Origin: a virus
DNA: 64,000 nt
Virus record (IMG/VR): IMGVR_UViG_3300045391_000912
Location: 1 to 64,000 of that record
Strand: one strand, 5' to 3'
Shown here: positions 47,054 to 56,691 of the stretch, in pieces
How the letters are laid out: each line of letters opens with the position of its first letter
Position numbering within the stretch: the stretch's first letter is position 1
Made by a program: the position numbers and the translations under genes
Notes under the pieces: generated by a model
The model's input: only the letters and a program-made list of their open reading frames with translations
What the model was told of the DNA's origin: nothing
Databases searched by the model: none

Positions 47054-50000
47054 CAGGCGCTCCTCTGTCCCGCAAGAAGTTCCTTCTCCCAGACACCGAC
47101 CACGGTCTCCACCGAGGACTCGATCGCCTTACCATCCAAGATCGTCTGGTGGGTGAAGTTCGCTACGGGAGGCTTAGCCGTGTCCGCATTGATGATCGCA
47201 TTAACCTGGGTGCTCAGCGCGCTCAAGCTATCCGACAGGGCGGCCTGTAGCTGAAGCACGTCGAACCCGGTGGATGCGTCAACCTGGCTCTGCGCTGCGG
47301 CGATAGCGGCCTGAACCGCCTTACGAGCCGCGTCCTCCACCGTGTGGATCCTGTCCAGGATTCCGACCGCGATACCTTCAGAGATCGGCTTACCCGTGCC
47401 GTCCCGGAACAGACGCGAAGGCGAGTTGACGTTAGCGGCCTGGTCGGCGGCCTTCTTAGCATCCGCCACGACCTTACGGACCGCGTCCTGCACGATGCTG
47501 GAGCCCTCGTTGATACCGGCCGCTAGACCCTGCATCAGCGCCAGACCAGTGGACTTCAGAATGTTGACGTCGATGGCCGCCTTCATGTCTTGCGTGACCT
47601 TCTTGACCGCATCGACAGCGGCCTTACCCCCATCGGTCACGGCCTTGGCGAAGTTGGTCATCATCGTGGTGACCGCCTCAACCACAGGCCCCGCCCCTTG
47701 GGTCACGGCGGCGGCGATGTCGGCCATGCCCTGATCGCAAGCGGCCTTAGCCTGCACGAACCCGGCGGTGAAGGCAGCGGTTACCTGGCCGAAGCCTGCT
47801 GTAACCGCAGCGGCGATGGACGCCATACCCGGAGCCACGTTGGCCGCTAGCGCGACGAAGCCAGCCTGGAAGACGGTTCCCAGAGCCAAGAAGGCTTGCC
47901 CGATGGCCGGGCTGATGACCGTGGCGAAGCCTGTAGTGAACGCAAGGCCCATCGCGGCAAGGCCGGGCGTGATCGCGGTGGCGTTCAGGGAAATGAACCC
48001 GGCCTGGAAGACGGTCGCCAAGCCGAGGAACGCGGTACCGATGGCAGGCCCGATCACAGTGGCGAAGCCGGTCTGGAACGCGAGCCCCATTGCCGCCAAG
48101 CCGGGTGTGATCGCCGTTGTGGTCAGCGAGATGAACCCAGCCTGGAAGACCGGCGCCAGCGCCAGGAAGGCTGTACCGATCGCCGGAGCGATGACCGTGG
48201 CGAAGCCGGTGGTGAAGGCAAGTCCTAGTGCCGCAAGCCCCGGTGTGACCGCTGTAGTCGTGAGCCCGATGAAGCCCGCTTGGAAGACGGTGTTCAGCCC
48301 GAGGAACGCGGTCCCGATGGCCGTGCTGATGTTGGTCCCGAAGCCTGTAGTGATCGCTGTGCCGATGGCTGCGAGCCCCGTGGTCACCGGCCCTGTGGCT
48401 AGCGCCTGGAACGCGGTGGAGACCAGCGGCCCTAGGTTCGTGAAGCCGGTAGCGAAAGCTGTACCCAGGCCAGGGATCGCGGCATCGACGGCGGCGGCCA
48501 TGTTCTGCACACCGGTCTGCGCGTTCTGCTGGAGCGGTACGAAGCCTTGCTGTGTTGTGGTCCCCAGGGTCGCCATAGCGTCCGCGAACGACAGGTTAGC
48601 GGCGTTACCGAAGCCTTCACCGACCCGCTGCCCGACCGGCGGAATGTCGCCGACCAGCGCCCTAAGCGGGTTAAGGACGGCCTCAGGTACCTTGCCGCTC
48701 TCCTGCGCCGCACCAGTGACCAGGCTGCGGAACCCTTCCACACCCTTGGTGGCCAGGTCGGTGACCGCGCCCTTAACCTGTGGGATGAGCCGCTGGATCG
48801 GAGGCAGCAACGCGGGCCCGACGGCCTCACCGACGAGCTTGGAGTTAGACGCTACCGGAGGCGCCGCACCCTTGATGCTCTCCGGGATCTTGTTCATTTC
48901 GGTGCGGACTTCGGACTCGATCGGCCGGATGTTCGGCACGATGCCCTTGTGGATACCCCTGGCCAGTTCAGACGCGGCCTGCTCAGCCTTGGTCCCCACG
49001 TCCTGGATGTCCTTGGGTACCAGCCCCAGGGAGTTCTGCACCTTGAGCCTGAACCGCGCGAACGCCTCACCGGCCGCAAGCAGCTTGTCGTTGATCGCCC
49101 CAGCGAATTCAATCGCGTTAGCCGCCGCCTCCGTGAAGCCGATCGCTAGGTTGCCCAGCAATTGGATGAAGCCCGGAAGCGCGGCGGCAATCTTCTGGAT
49201 CGACTGCTGGAAGGCGGGGCTGTTCAACTGCGTCCCTAGGCCCTCGAACGCGGTTGTGATTCCGTCAACCGTGCTCTGCGGGATGCCGTCTAGCGCACTA
49301 CCAATGCCGTGAAGCGCGTCACCGACCGCACCGCCGATGCGGGTCCAGTCAAACTTGTTGAAGAAACTACCGAGACCGTCGATGGCTGCCTGAGCGCCGG
49401 GGGCAGCCGCCGAGAAGGTATCGATACCGTTGTTGACCAGGTCGGCAAAAGCCTTCTCCAGCGAGGACACCACACCGCTTAGCCCGCTGAAGGCGGATTC
49501 CAAGTTGGTGTTCTTGCTGATGTCCTCCAACGCCTTGCCGAGACCGTTTACGGTAGTCACCAACAGGTCCAGCGCGCCCTTGCTACCCGCCAGTGTGAGG
49601 AAGCCGCGCTCCAGCGGAACAAGATCGATCTTGTTAACCGCTTCCGCAACGTTGTTGAAGACGGTCTCGATCTGCTTAAGCCCGCCGCCTTGCGTGATGA
49701 AGTTAGCGGTCTGTCGTGCTAGCCCGACGAGCGAGTTCGCCACAGTTTGGATGGACGGCGTCAGAGCTGTGAGGGTGCCCTTGAGCTGATTGAATACCGG
49801 CGTAAGCCCCGTGGTGAACGTTGCGGAGATCGCCGTCTTCAGCTTGTTGAACTCGGGGGCAAGTACCTGTGCGGCTTTCTTGATGCCGGCCATGCCCAAC
49901 GCAATGGTGGCCAGCGGCGCCCCGATAAGTCCGATCGCTGCCGGAACCGCCGCAATGGCTGTTGATACCGCACCCCAGGCCGCTGTTACCGCCGCGCCCG

Positions 50001-50646
50001 CCTCCGCGAATACAAGTGCTGTAGCACCAGCCCTGAGTAGGCCCTGTACCAGCGTGGAGACGGCCCCGATCACGCCCGCGCCCGCACCGGAAGTGAACTC
50101 ACTCGCGGAACCTGTGATGGTCGAGAAGGCGCTAGCGCCAGAGGCCTTGACCTGGTCGAAAGCAGCAACGATGTCCGAGAGGATCGAGCCGAACGCCAGC
50201 CCGGCCAAACCCTTACTCGTGTCGAACTCAACGGGAACGTGGATCGGACGCCCCGCTAGCGCCTTTTCCGCCGCCAGCGCCCCCTTGTCCACGTCGAAGT
50301 TGACGGGGACCTTAACGGGCTTAGCCGCTAGGGCCTTCTCCGCGTCGAGCTTGCCCTTGTCGACCTCAAAGTTGACCGGGACCGTGATCGGGTCCTTGGC
50401 AGCGGCTTCCTGAGCAGCCAGGGCGGCCTTGTCCACGTCGAAATTGACCGTGACGGTGATCGACTCTTTGATCTCGTCAAGCTTGGCGCGAAGCTCTTCC
50501 CGATTGACGTCCCAGTCGATACTGACTTGGATTTTCTCGTCGGGAAGGCTCTTAAGTTCAGCCTCGACGGCCGATTTGAAGCCACTGGTGTCCGGAACAA
50601 CGCGAACGCTGACCCGAGCGATAGTCCGCCCTCCGGGACCACTCAC
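47053..50646 (-). CDS. tape measure protein
   Basis: 1197 aa, Ala/Gly-rich, with internal 46-aa repeats. Positioned after the G/T chaperone genes. Confidence 0.9.
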   Translation of the reverse strand: MSGPGGRTIARVSVRVVPDTSGFKSAVEAELKSLPDEKIQVSIDWDVNREELRAKLDEIKESITVTVNFDVDKAALAAQEAAAKDPITVPVNFEVDKGKLDAEKALAAKPVKVPVNFDVDKGALAAEKALAGRPIHVPVEFDTSKGLAGLAFGSILSDIVAAFDQVKASGASAFSTITGSASEFTSGAGAGVIGAVSTLVQGLLRAGATALVFAEAGAAVTAAWGAVSTAIAAVPAAIGLIGAPLATIALGMAGIKKAAQVLAPEFNKLKTAISATFTTGLTPVFNQLKGTLTALTPSIQTVANSLVGLARQTANFITQGGGLKQIETVFNNVAEAVNKIDLVPLERGFLTLAGSKGALDLLVTTVNGLGKALEDISKNTNLESAFSGLSGVVSSLEKAFADLVNNGIDTFSAAAPGAQAAIDGLGSFFNKFDWTRIGGAVGDALHGIGSALDGIPQSTVDGITTAFEGLGTQLNSPAFQQSIQKIAAALPGFIQLLGNLAIGFTEAAANAIEFAGAINDKLLAAGEAFARFRLKVQNSLGLVPKDIQDVGTKAEQAASELARGIHKGIVPNIRPIESEVRTEMNKIPESIKGAAPPVASNSKLVGEAVGPALLPPIQRLIPQVKGAVTDLATKGVEGFRSLVTGAAQESGKVPEAVLNPLRALVGDIPPVGQRVGEGFGNAANLSFADAMATLGTTTQQGFVPLQQNAQTGVQNMAAAVDAAIPGLGTAFATGFTNLGPLVSTAFQALATGPVTTGLAAIGTAITTGFGTNISTAIGTAFLGLNTVFQAGFIGLTTTAVTPGLAALGLAFTTGFATVIAPAIGTAFLALAPVFQAGFISLTTTAITPGLAAMGLAFQTGFATVIGPAIGTAFLGLATVFQAGFISLNATAITPGLAAMGLAFTTGFATVISPAIGQAFLALGTVFQAGFVALAANVAPGMASIAAAVTAGFGQVTAAFTAGFVQAKAACDQGMADIAAAVTQGAGPVVEAVTTMMTNFAKAVTDGGKAAVDAVKKVTQDMKAAIDVNILKSTGLALMQGLAAGINEGSSIVQDAVRKVVADAKKAADQAANVNSPSRLFRDGTGKPISEGIAVGILDRIHTVEDAARKAVQAAIAAAQSQVDASTGFDVLQLQAALSDSLSALSTQVNAIINADTAKPPVANFTHQTILDGKAIESSVETVVGVWEKELLAGQRSA
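47800..48400 (-). repeat. 4-5 tandem 138-nt (46-aa) coding repeats in the tape measure gene
   Basis: Units of the form TPGLAAMGLAFTTGFATVIxPAIGTAFLxLxxVFQAGFIxLxxTAI. CCTGGAAGAC recurs every about 138 nt. Confidence 0.8.
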
Positions 50647-50669
50647 TGACGGACACCCCCTTGGAGGAC

Positions 50670-51089
50670 TTAATCGCTCTTAGCTTGCGCAGCCTTACGG
50701 TGCAGCTCTTGGGACTTGAGTCTAGCCCTAACCTGCTTCAAATCGAGTGTCCGCTTGACTTCACGCTTCTTAGGCACAGGCGGCTTGATGATCGGCGAAC
50801 GGGTCGCCTTTCCGCCTCGCTGCCTATTCGCCGCGTACAACATGTTGACCATGGCGGCAAACAGATGCGTATCGGTGGTCCACGCCCGGAATTCACGACC
50901 TCCACGCATGGCAGCAAACGTGGCGGAATCGTCAGGAAGGTGCTCAACGAGCCAAAGTAGGGTGCGAGCTGTCATCGGAGGGTCCGGGCGGAACATATCC
51001 AGCAAATCGAACTGGTAGTACCGCCGGAGATCCGACAACAGCTCCCCACCATACTTGTTGATTAGCTCGATGAGCTGGAGCGTTCCCCC
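50670..51089 (-). CDS. tail assembly chaperone, -1 frameshift extension (T part)
   Basis: The frame is open from the slippery run through ELINKYGGELLSDLRRYYQFDLLDMF. It sits at -1 relative to the 51062..51634 frame and is translated only as a fusion. Confidence 0.7.
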   Translation of the reverse strand, partial: GGTLQLIELINKYGGELLSDLRRYYQFDLLDMFRPDPPMTARTLLWLVEHLPDDSATFAAMRGGREFRAWTTDTHLFAAMVNMLYAANRQRGGKATRSPIIKPPVPKKREVKRTLDLKQVRARLKSQELHRKAAQAKSD

Positions 51090-51634
51090 AGGCCGACCCG
51101 CGTAACGTAGGCAAAGAACAGGTCCGCGAATACGGCGTCCTCGACGTTCTCAACCCAGTTCCGGTAAGCCTGCGGGTTCGCCGCGACGCACTCCAGGAAG
51201 TTGTCGATGGCGACGAGACCGTTGAAGTAGCGCTCAAGCTTGTCCGCTGTATCCAGAAGCCCAGTGGTCGGCATCTTCTGCCAGGTGTCAATGGCTTCCT
51301 GGTACAGCCGCATAGCCTTGGCCCGCTTGGCGAACGGCAGCCGCAGCACACTCAACAGGTCAGGTGATCCGGCCGGGTACGCAACGGCGGTCCTGGTGGC
51401 TTCGGACGCCATTTCGGCCGTAACGTCCTGCTTGGGTGGCTTCGGGGCGGGCTTATCTTCCGCCTTGGGCAGCTCCACGACAGTCGCGGGCTTGTTCGGC
51501 GTGCCAAAGGGGGACTCTCGCGGACCATCCTTCGGCGCGCTGTCCGCCGACCCCTCAGTCCAGCTTTCACCCGTGTTCGGATCTACGACCAGCACCGAGC
51601 CGTCCGGCTTTGGAAAACGCTGTACATCAGACAT
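51062..51634 (-). CDS. tail assembly chaperone (G part)
   Basis: ATG 51634 behind GAAGGAG. Lies between the major tail and tape measure genes. Confidence 0.75.
   Translation of the reverse strand: MSDVQRFPKPDGSVLVVDPNTGESWTEGSADSAPKDGPRESPFGTPNKPATVVELPKAEDKPAPKPPKQDVTAEMASEATRTAVAYPAGSPDLLSVLRLPFAKRAKAMRLYQEAIDTWQKMPTTGLLDTADKLERYFNGLVAIDNFLECVAANPQAYRNWVENVEDAVFADLFFAYVTRVGLGERSSSSS
51083..51089 (-). promoter_or_regulatory. candidate -1 ribosomal slippery site
   Basis: Minus strand C-TGG-GGG-AA run (G GGG GAA), 20 nt before the G stop. The -1 frame continues open. Confidence 0.55.
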
Positions 51635-51750
51635 TGCGCGGGTTCTCCTTCGTGTTGCGCGGGTGTTCATAGCTTACTAACGCAGAAGGCTAAGGGGAGT
51701 CCCAACCCGCGCGCTGGGACTCCCCTTGCCGTTCGTGTAAGCCCTAAGGC

Positions 51751-52611
51751 TTAGGCGCCACCTTCAACGCCAGTTGTGACCGCGATGGCCGGAGTAGTAC
51801 CACCAGTGAAGCTGCCGGTAGCAGTCATCTGCGGCACGTTGACGCCTTCAAGGTCTCCCTGGAAGGTGACAACCCACGGCGTACCAGGCCCAGGACCACC
51901 GGTAACGGCCACGTTGCCCGCTCCCACGCTGTCCAGAGCCTCCAGCGCCGACTGCACCGCGCTGGCGATCGCGTTGTAAGCGATTCCCGCTGTGGTCGAG
52001 CCCGCGAAGGTAAGCGTGAAGGTTCCGCCGGTAGGTGTGCCGGTGATGGTTACGGTCTGCGACTCCGAGGTGTGCAGGCCAAGACCATCGCCCAGCCACT
52101 CCATCAGGTTCGAGCCCGTCACACCCAGGATGGTGCAGCGAACCGGGAACTGAAGGAACTTCTCCACGTCGGCTTCAACGTCGTCGTCCGACGCGACCGA
52201 AGCCTTAGGCACGTAGAGCGGCACCTCAACGTCGCCGTCCACGATCCGCATGAAGATCGCGCGCTCCTGAGGCTTCGGGTTAAGCGCGACACCGAACTGA
52301 CCGGAAATGGAGTCGTCGCCGCCACCGAAGTACAGGGCCAGCGTCTCGTTGCTGATCTGGAGCAGGTTGAACACAAGCGCGTAGACAACCGGGTCACGCC
52401 GCTCCCTAAGGGCGGGGTTTTGCCAAGTCCCGAGGATGTTGGAGTCTCCACCATCCTTGGTGATCTTGAAGTTGTCATCCGAGCTGGTGTGCCCGATGTC
52501 AACCCATGGGTAACCAGGGTCGGTCAGGTCAGTTGGCTGCGGAGTCCCGACCGGCGCGAAGTACACGTGCCCCTGGCCGGGGATGATTACAGCGTTGTCG
52601 TCAAGAGCCAT
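51751..52611 (-). CDS. major tail protein with a C-terminal decoration domain
   Basis: ATG 52611 behind AGAGGAGG. The C-terminal ~90 aa resemble the capsid C-terminus (TGGTFTLTF...IAYNA...VQSALEAL). Confidence 0.75.
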   Translation of the reverse strand: MALDDNAVIIPGQGHVYFAPVGTPQPTDLTDPGYPWVDIGHTSSDDNFKITKDGGDSNILGTWQNPALRERRDPVVYALVFNLLQISNETLALYFGGGDDSISGQFGVALNPKPQERAIFMRIVDGDVEVPLYVPKASVASDDDVEADVEKFLQFPVRCTILGVTGSNLMEWLGDGLGLHTSESQTVTITGTPTGGTFTLTFAGSTTAGIAYNAIASAVQSALEALDSVGAGNVAVTGGPGPGTPWVVTFQGDLEGVNVPQMTATGSFTGGTTPAIAVTTGVEGGA

Positions 52612-52710
52612 GGTGGCTCGACCTCCTCTACGGTGACGACAGAGCACATCCCCTGCGCGGGTGGGGCGGCTATGCGGGTGTGTTTCAGTTGTTCGTGCTT
52701 AGCTTAAGGC

Positions 52711-53190
52711 TTAGACGGAGTTAGGGCGCCTGTTGCGGATTTTAAGATCGTAAGTGGCGACATAACGCCCGACGTCGGGAAGGTCCACGTCAGTGGCGTC
52801 CTGGAATCCCGAGGACTCCCGCCAATGACTAATCCAGCCCAAAACGTGCCCGTTACCGTCATACGCCACAGTTTGGTTCTTGCAAGCCTCGTAGAGAACC
52901 TTTGCGACCCGCTGCGACAGATCAAACGCTGCCCCGAATGGGTCGTTAGGGAACGCCGGAGACTCCCCGGACCAAACCTGTAGGTGAGTGAAGTAGTCGG
53001 ACACGAATTCAGGCCGATCGGACGAGCCCCCGGTCCGCTCCACGATCAGAGCAGGTAGGTGCCCGTCCATTCCATCCTGGAGCTTGGTGAAGACATGGTC
53101 CGCATCCAGCTCAGGAAGCTCTGTGGAGGCGATGAAGATCGACGTGAGTACCTGGAGACCCTTAACGAAGGGCGGGGTGGCGATAGGCAT
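52711..53190 (-). CDS. neck / tail terminator-like protein
   Basis: ORF track. Assigned from gene order. Confidence 0.5.
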   Translation of the reverse strand: MPIATPPFVKGLQVLTSIFIASTELPELDADHVFTKLQDGMDGHLPALIVERTGGSSDRPEFVSDYFTHLQVWSGESPAFPNDPFGAAFDLSQRVAKVLYEACKNQTVAYDGNGHVLGWISHWRESSGFQDATDVDLPDVGRYVATYDLKIRNRRPNSV

Positions 53191-53510
53191 CAGAACGCCC
53201 CCGTAATGGCATGAACGCCCCGCGTAGCGACACCGCCAGGGCCCCCGGAGCGGCCGAACTCAATCGCCATCGCGGCGCCATCCGGGTCATCCAGATTCAC
53301 GAACCAGTCGAGCTTGTCGCCCTTGGTAACCGTGATCCGGGAGTGCGGAGAAGGCCCTCCACTCGGCTTGTGGCGGGCAAGAATGGCCTTGGCCTTAGCG
53401 CCACCCTTGTACGCATTCAACCGAATCTCGGCCTTCACCTCCGGCAGGTGGGCGATGTACTTGTCCACGTTCCGGCCGCCACCGCCGACGAGCCAAACGA
53501 CCCTAGCCAT
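53190..53510 (-). CDS. head-tail joining protein (HK97 gp10-like by position)
   Basis: ORF track. Assigned from gene order. Confidence 0.5.
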   Translation of the reverse strand: MARVVWLVGGGGRNVDKYIAHLPEVKAEIRLNAYKGGAKAKAILARHKPSGGPSPHSRITVTKGDKLDWFVNLDDPDGAAMAIEFGRSGGPGGVATRGVHAITGAF

Positions 53511-53872
53511 CAGCGTTCCTCCCTAAGCGTGACACTGATGTGCCGTGTCGCCTCAGAGAATTCCCGCCTCAGCGGCCCACCCAGGATTCCGAACTTCCGA
53601 AGATTGCCCTGGCCATCGACCCATTCGACCCGCGACCACCATCCGACGGGTGCTTCCTTGCAGATCAGCTTGTAGGCTGCTAGAACGTGCTGCCCACCGT
53701 CGACCTTGGTAGCTCCGAAGGCACCACGAGCGGACGCGACAGGCTGCATGAACACGTTCTCCACGACCACGCCTGTATCGCTCGGCCGCCGGACGTTGTT
53801 CCCCTCGAAATCCTTAACGATCTCTTCCAGGAACACCGTGACTGTGTGGGGCCCTTGCTCCAAGAGAGACAT
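53510..53872 (-). CDS. head-tail adaptor
   Basis: ORF-track frame 53510..53944 trimmed to ATG 53872, which overlaps the upstream stop. Confidence 0.55.
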   Translation of the reverse strand: MSLLEQGPHTVTVFLEEIVKDFEGNNVRRPSDTGVVVENVFMQPVASARGAFGATKVDGGQHVLAAYKLICKEAPVGWWSRVEWVDGQGNLRKFGILGGPLRREFSEATRHISVTLREER

Positions 53873-54390
53873 CAGAGACTCCCGAAGTAGCCGTAAGGTC
53901 CATTCCAGTCGCCCGGCCCGTCTCCGTACAAGATCGGGTCGCAACCGTACTGATCATTGAGGAACAGGCCGCAGTGATCCCAGACATCTCCCCGATAGGT
54001 GCCCTGCGTCCACAACGCCCCGTTAAGGGTGCCGTTGGCCTGCTTAAGGTCGGCGATCTCCCGATCCGTGAGGAACAGGGAGCCTTCTCCGACCGTGCCG
54101 TTGCGCTGATACGAGTAGTCCGCAGCCGATTCCGCCGAAGTGTTGGAAGGGTTACGGACTGCTCGCTCAGCGCAACGGCGGGCGATCAGGTAAACGATCT
54201 CTGGAGCCTTGGTCTGCGTCGGGTCGTCCGGATCGAGCCAGTTGTTACCCGACTCGAACCGGACGAGCACCGAAGCGTCCTCGCACACACCCTGGACACG
54301 GGCCAGCTCCGCACCGGAGAACGGCGAGGGTCGCTGAAGTCGCGCCTGCAACTGCTCAGGCGTAACCAGGTCAGGGTATGCGGAGGTCAT
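53872..54390 (-). CDS. head-tail connector protein
   Basis: ORF track. Immediately follows the capsid gene. Confidence 0.55.
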   Translation of the reverse strand: MTSAYPDLVTPEQLQARLQRPSPFSGAELARVQGVCEDASVLVRFESGNNWLDPDDPTQTKAPEIVYLIARRCAERAVRNPSNTSAESAADYSYQRNGTVGEGSLFLTDREIADLKQANGTLNGALWTQGTYRGDVWDHCGLFLNDQYGCDPILYGDGPGDWNGPYGYFGSL

Positions 54391-54394
54391 GGCC

Positions 54395-55654
54395 TTACGC
54401 CGCTAGCTGTAGCTTGACCGCGCGAACCAGAGTGCCGTTTCCAGCACCCGGAGTCGTCGTAGCCGGAGTTACGGCCGGGCTGGAGCCACCGGTAAGGCTG
54501 GAGGTGGCGGTTAGCTGGGCGACGTTACCGACAGGCTCACGGAAGGTGACCGTGTAGACGTTGGTCGCAAGCGACACAGTCACGTTCACACCGTCGAGCT
54601 TGTTCAGCGCGGTCTGGACTGCCGCCGCCGTCGCGTTGTAAGCGATAGCGCCAGTGGTCTGTCCAGCGATCGTCAGGGTGAAGGTTCCACCTGTAGGCGA
54701 TCCCGAGATGGTGACGGTCTGGACCTCGGCGGTCTTACCGTCGGCGATGACTCCGGTACCCGCGTAGCAGTCCAGCACCGAACGGTCCTGGAGGTTACGG
54801 AAGTCGTAGTCCATCAGCCAACGCATGGAGAGTCCGGTGCCCGGAAGGCTCTTCATCGCGCTCATGACCGCACCCTTGGGGTTGTCAGGAGCAACAAGGC
54901 TCATGACGAACGCCGACCGGTGGTAAGCCACGCCGAAGCCTGGAGGCAGGGCGTTCGAGACCACGATGTTCCGGAAACCGGCCATGTCGCCGATTACCGC
55001 GTCCCGCAGAGCCGAAGCCTGCGAGTCACCGCTCTGGTTGTAGCGGTTCAGGTGCGGGTCGTTCAGGAACGCCGCCTCCATGTCGCTACCACACACGATG
55101 ATCCGGTCGTTCTGCGGCACGTTGGCCACGTTAAGCAGCCGTCGAGCGTCGACCAGGCCACGGAACATGTCCCAGTCCTGCGTCGAGTTGGTGCTGCCGT
55201 CGGCCAGCTTCGCCCGTGGGATGGTCACGGTGTTGAGGTAGTTAGCGTTGACCATCGTCGCCGCTAGCTTGTTCTCAAGACCCTCGGCGACCGCCCGAAC
55301 CTGCGGCGTAAGGATCTGCTGACCGAAGTCGCTGATGTCCAGCGTCAGCTCTTCGTCGGTGATCCCGATCGCGTGGTAAATGTCCTCGTCCAGCACGACA
55401 TCCACCGAAGTCTCGGTGAACTCGTCTAGCTGGATGATTCCTTCACCCTCGGACGCGGTGGGGCGAGTACCCCGAAGCGGACGGCTACGTGCAACGCCTC
55501 GCGCGGGAACGCGAATGGTCACGGTGTCGCCAGCTACGCCCGTGATGGGCCCAACCGGGTTCATCCAGACGAGCCGGGGAAGGACGATCTCCCTCTCCAG
55601 CACACCCAGGGCGGTGGCCGCGATGCGGTTCGCCTTTAGATATGTGTTAGCCAC
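54395..55654 (-). CDS. major capsid protein with a C-terminal decoration domain
   Basis: 419 aa, after the scaffold gene. C-terminal TGGTFTLTIAGQTTGAIAYNATAAAVQTALNKL resembles the tail-tube C-terminus. Confidence 0.8.
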   Translation of the reverse strand: MANTYLKANRIAATALGVLEREIVLPRLVWMNPVGPITGVAGDTVTIRVPARGVARSRPLRGTRPTASEGEGIIQLDEFTETSVDVVLDEDIYHAIGITDEELTLDISDFGQQILTPQVRAVAEGLENKLAATMVNANYLNTVTIPRAKLADGSTNSTQDWDMFRGLVDARRLLNVANVPQNDRIIVCGSDMEAAFLNDPHLNRYNQSGDSQASALRDAVIGDMAGFRNIVVSNALPPGFGVAYHRSAFVMSLVAPDNPKGAVMSAMKSLPGTGLSMRWLMDYDFRNLQDRSVLDCYAGTGVIADGKTAEVQTVTISGSPTGGTFTLTIAGQTTGAIAYNATAAAVQTALNKLDGVNVTVSLATNVYTVTFREPVGNVAQLTATSSLTGGSSPAVTPATTTPGAGNGTLVRAVKLQLAA

Positions 55655-55723
55655 GACAGAAACCTCCTTCTAAGGTTCTAGTCCTAACCGCTGGTTCCTG
55701 CCGTGGCTCGGCGAGGGCGGTTG

Positions 55724-56359
55724 CTATAGGGGCCGTGGAATGCGTGCGGCGAGCTTGCGGGGGTCGTCCTCGTCGTCATCGTCATCAGACGACTGGCCTC
55801 CTCCACGTAGCTTCGCCTTAGGCTTCCCCGGCGGTAGGTCTCGCTTGGGTCCCGCTGAAGAGCCGCTGACCGTGGAGAAGAGCGAGTAGAACTCTTCCGC
55901 GCTGGCCTTAAGCTCTTCATCTGTCGATCCGTTGATCCACTTGGCTGCGGCTCGGATGAGCTTGTTGTCAGCATCGTCGGGCGCGTATTCCTCCGCTGCT
56001 TCGCGCTTTTGACGAGACGACCGCTCCTTACCAAGTTCGGCCTTAGCATCCTCAAGCTCCTTCTGGAGGCGCTCCTGGACACTTTTGTCCTTACCTTCGT
56101 ATTCGGCGATCTTCTTCCTCGCGTCCGCAAGCTCCTTCTCGGCAGCCTTGCTTCGTGCGAGTGCTTCTCGGCGCCCTTCCTTGATGCGCTGCAACGCACG
56201 CTCACCAGCCGGTGTTAGCGGCTTGTCATCGTCGTTGTCATCGTCATCGTTGTTGTCGTTCTGACCCTGCGCCGCCGCTAGCAGCCTGGCTGCCTCGTCG
56301 TCATCGTCCGAATCGTCAACATCGTGGTCGGGCTTGGTGTTCTCATCCTGTGCAGCCAT
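55724..56359 (-). CDS. scaffolding protein
   Basis: Acidic and Lys-rich, with a coiled-coil character and poly-D tracts. Lies between the portal and capsid genes. Confidence 0.7.
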   Translation of the reverse strand: MAAQDENTKPDHDVDDSDDDDEAARLLAAAQGQNDNNDDDDNDDDKPLTPAGERALQRIKEGRREALARSKAAEKELADARKKIAEYEGKDKSVQERLQKELEDAKAELGKERSSRQKREAAEEYAPDDADNKLIRAAAKWINGSTDEELKASAEEFYSLFSTVSGSSAGPKRDLPPGKPKAKLRGGGQSSDDDDDEDDPRKLAARIPRPL

Positions 56360-56438
56360 GGGCTGTTCATCTCCCTATGAGGGCGGTGTCCGCTTGCCTT
56401 GGGCTAACGGGCACGTATTTGTAAGTCGTGGGGTTATC

Positions 56439-56678
56439 TTAACTCCACGACGACGGAATAAGCGCGCTTAGGTTAAGAGCCGCCGCGCGCCGCTTGATGA
56501 AGGCGATTACCTTAGGCCGATCTCCCGCCTTAACACGGCCGATCGACTGGATAGCCTTCTTCAAGTCAGCTTCGTTCCGAATCGGGAAGCGTCCGCCGGA
56601 TCCGGTGCCACCATCGGGCAGCGCCTTACCCTGCTTAGCCAGATTCTTACGCACTGGCATCGATGGACCAGCCATCAC
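56439..56678 (-). CDS. hypothetical head-module protein (79 aa)
   Basis: ORF track. Confidence 0.5.
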   Translation of the reverse strand: MMAGPSMPVRKNLAKQGKALPDGGTGSGGRFPIRNEADLKKAIQSIGRVKAGDRPKVIAFIKRRAAALNLSALIPSSWS

Positions 56679-56691
56679 GAATCCTCCATCG

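Noticed and set aside
47768-49312. A 514-aa plus-strand ORF. Similar long antisense ORFs are 58436..59872, 30258..31466, 40412..41896, 12226..13233, 6494..7213, 16719..17234 and 61431..62369.
   Set aside because: Each lies antisense to a well-supported gene with recognisable motifs. The products are Arg/Gly/Pro/Ala-rich and low in complexity. They lack RBS or coupling signals. These are the shadow frames expected in GC-rich DNA.
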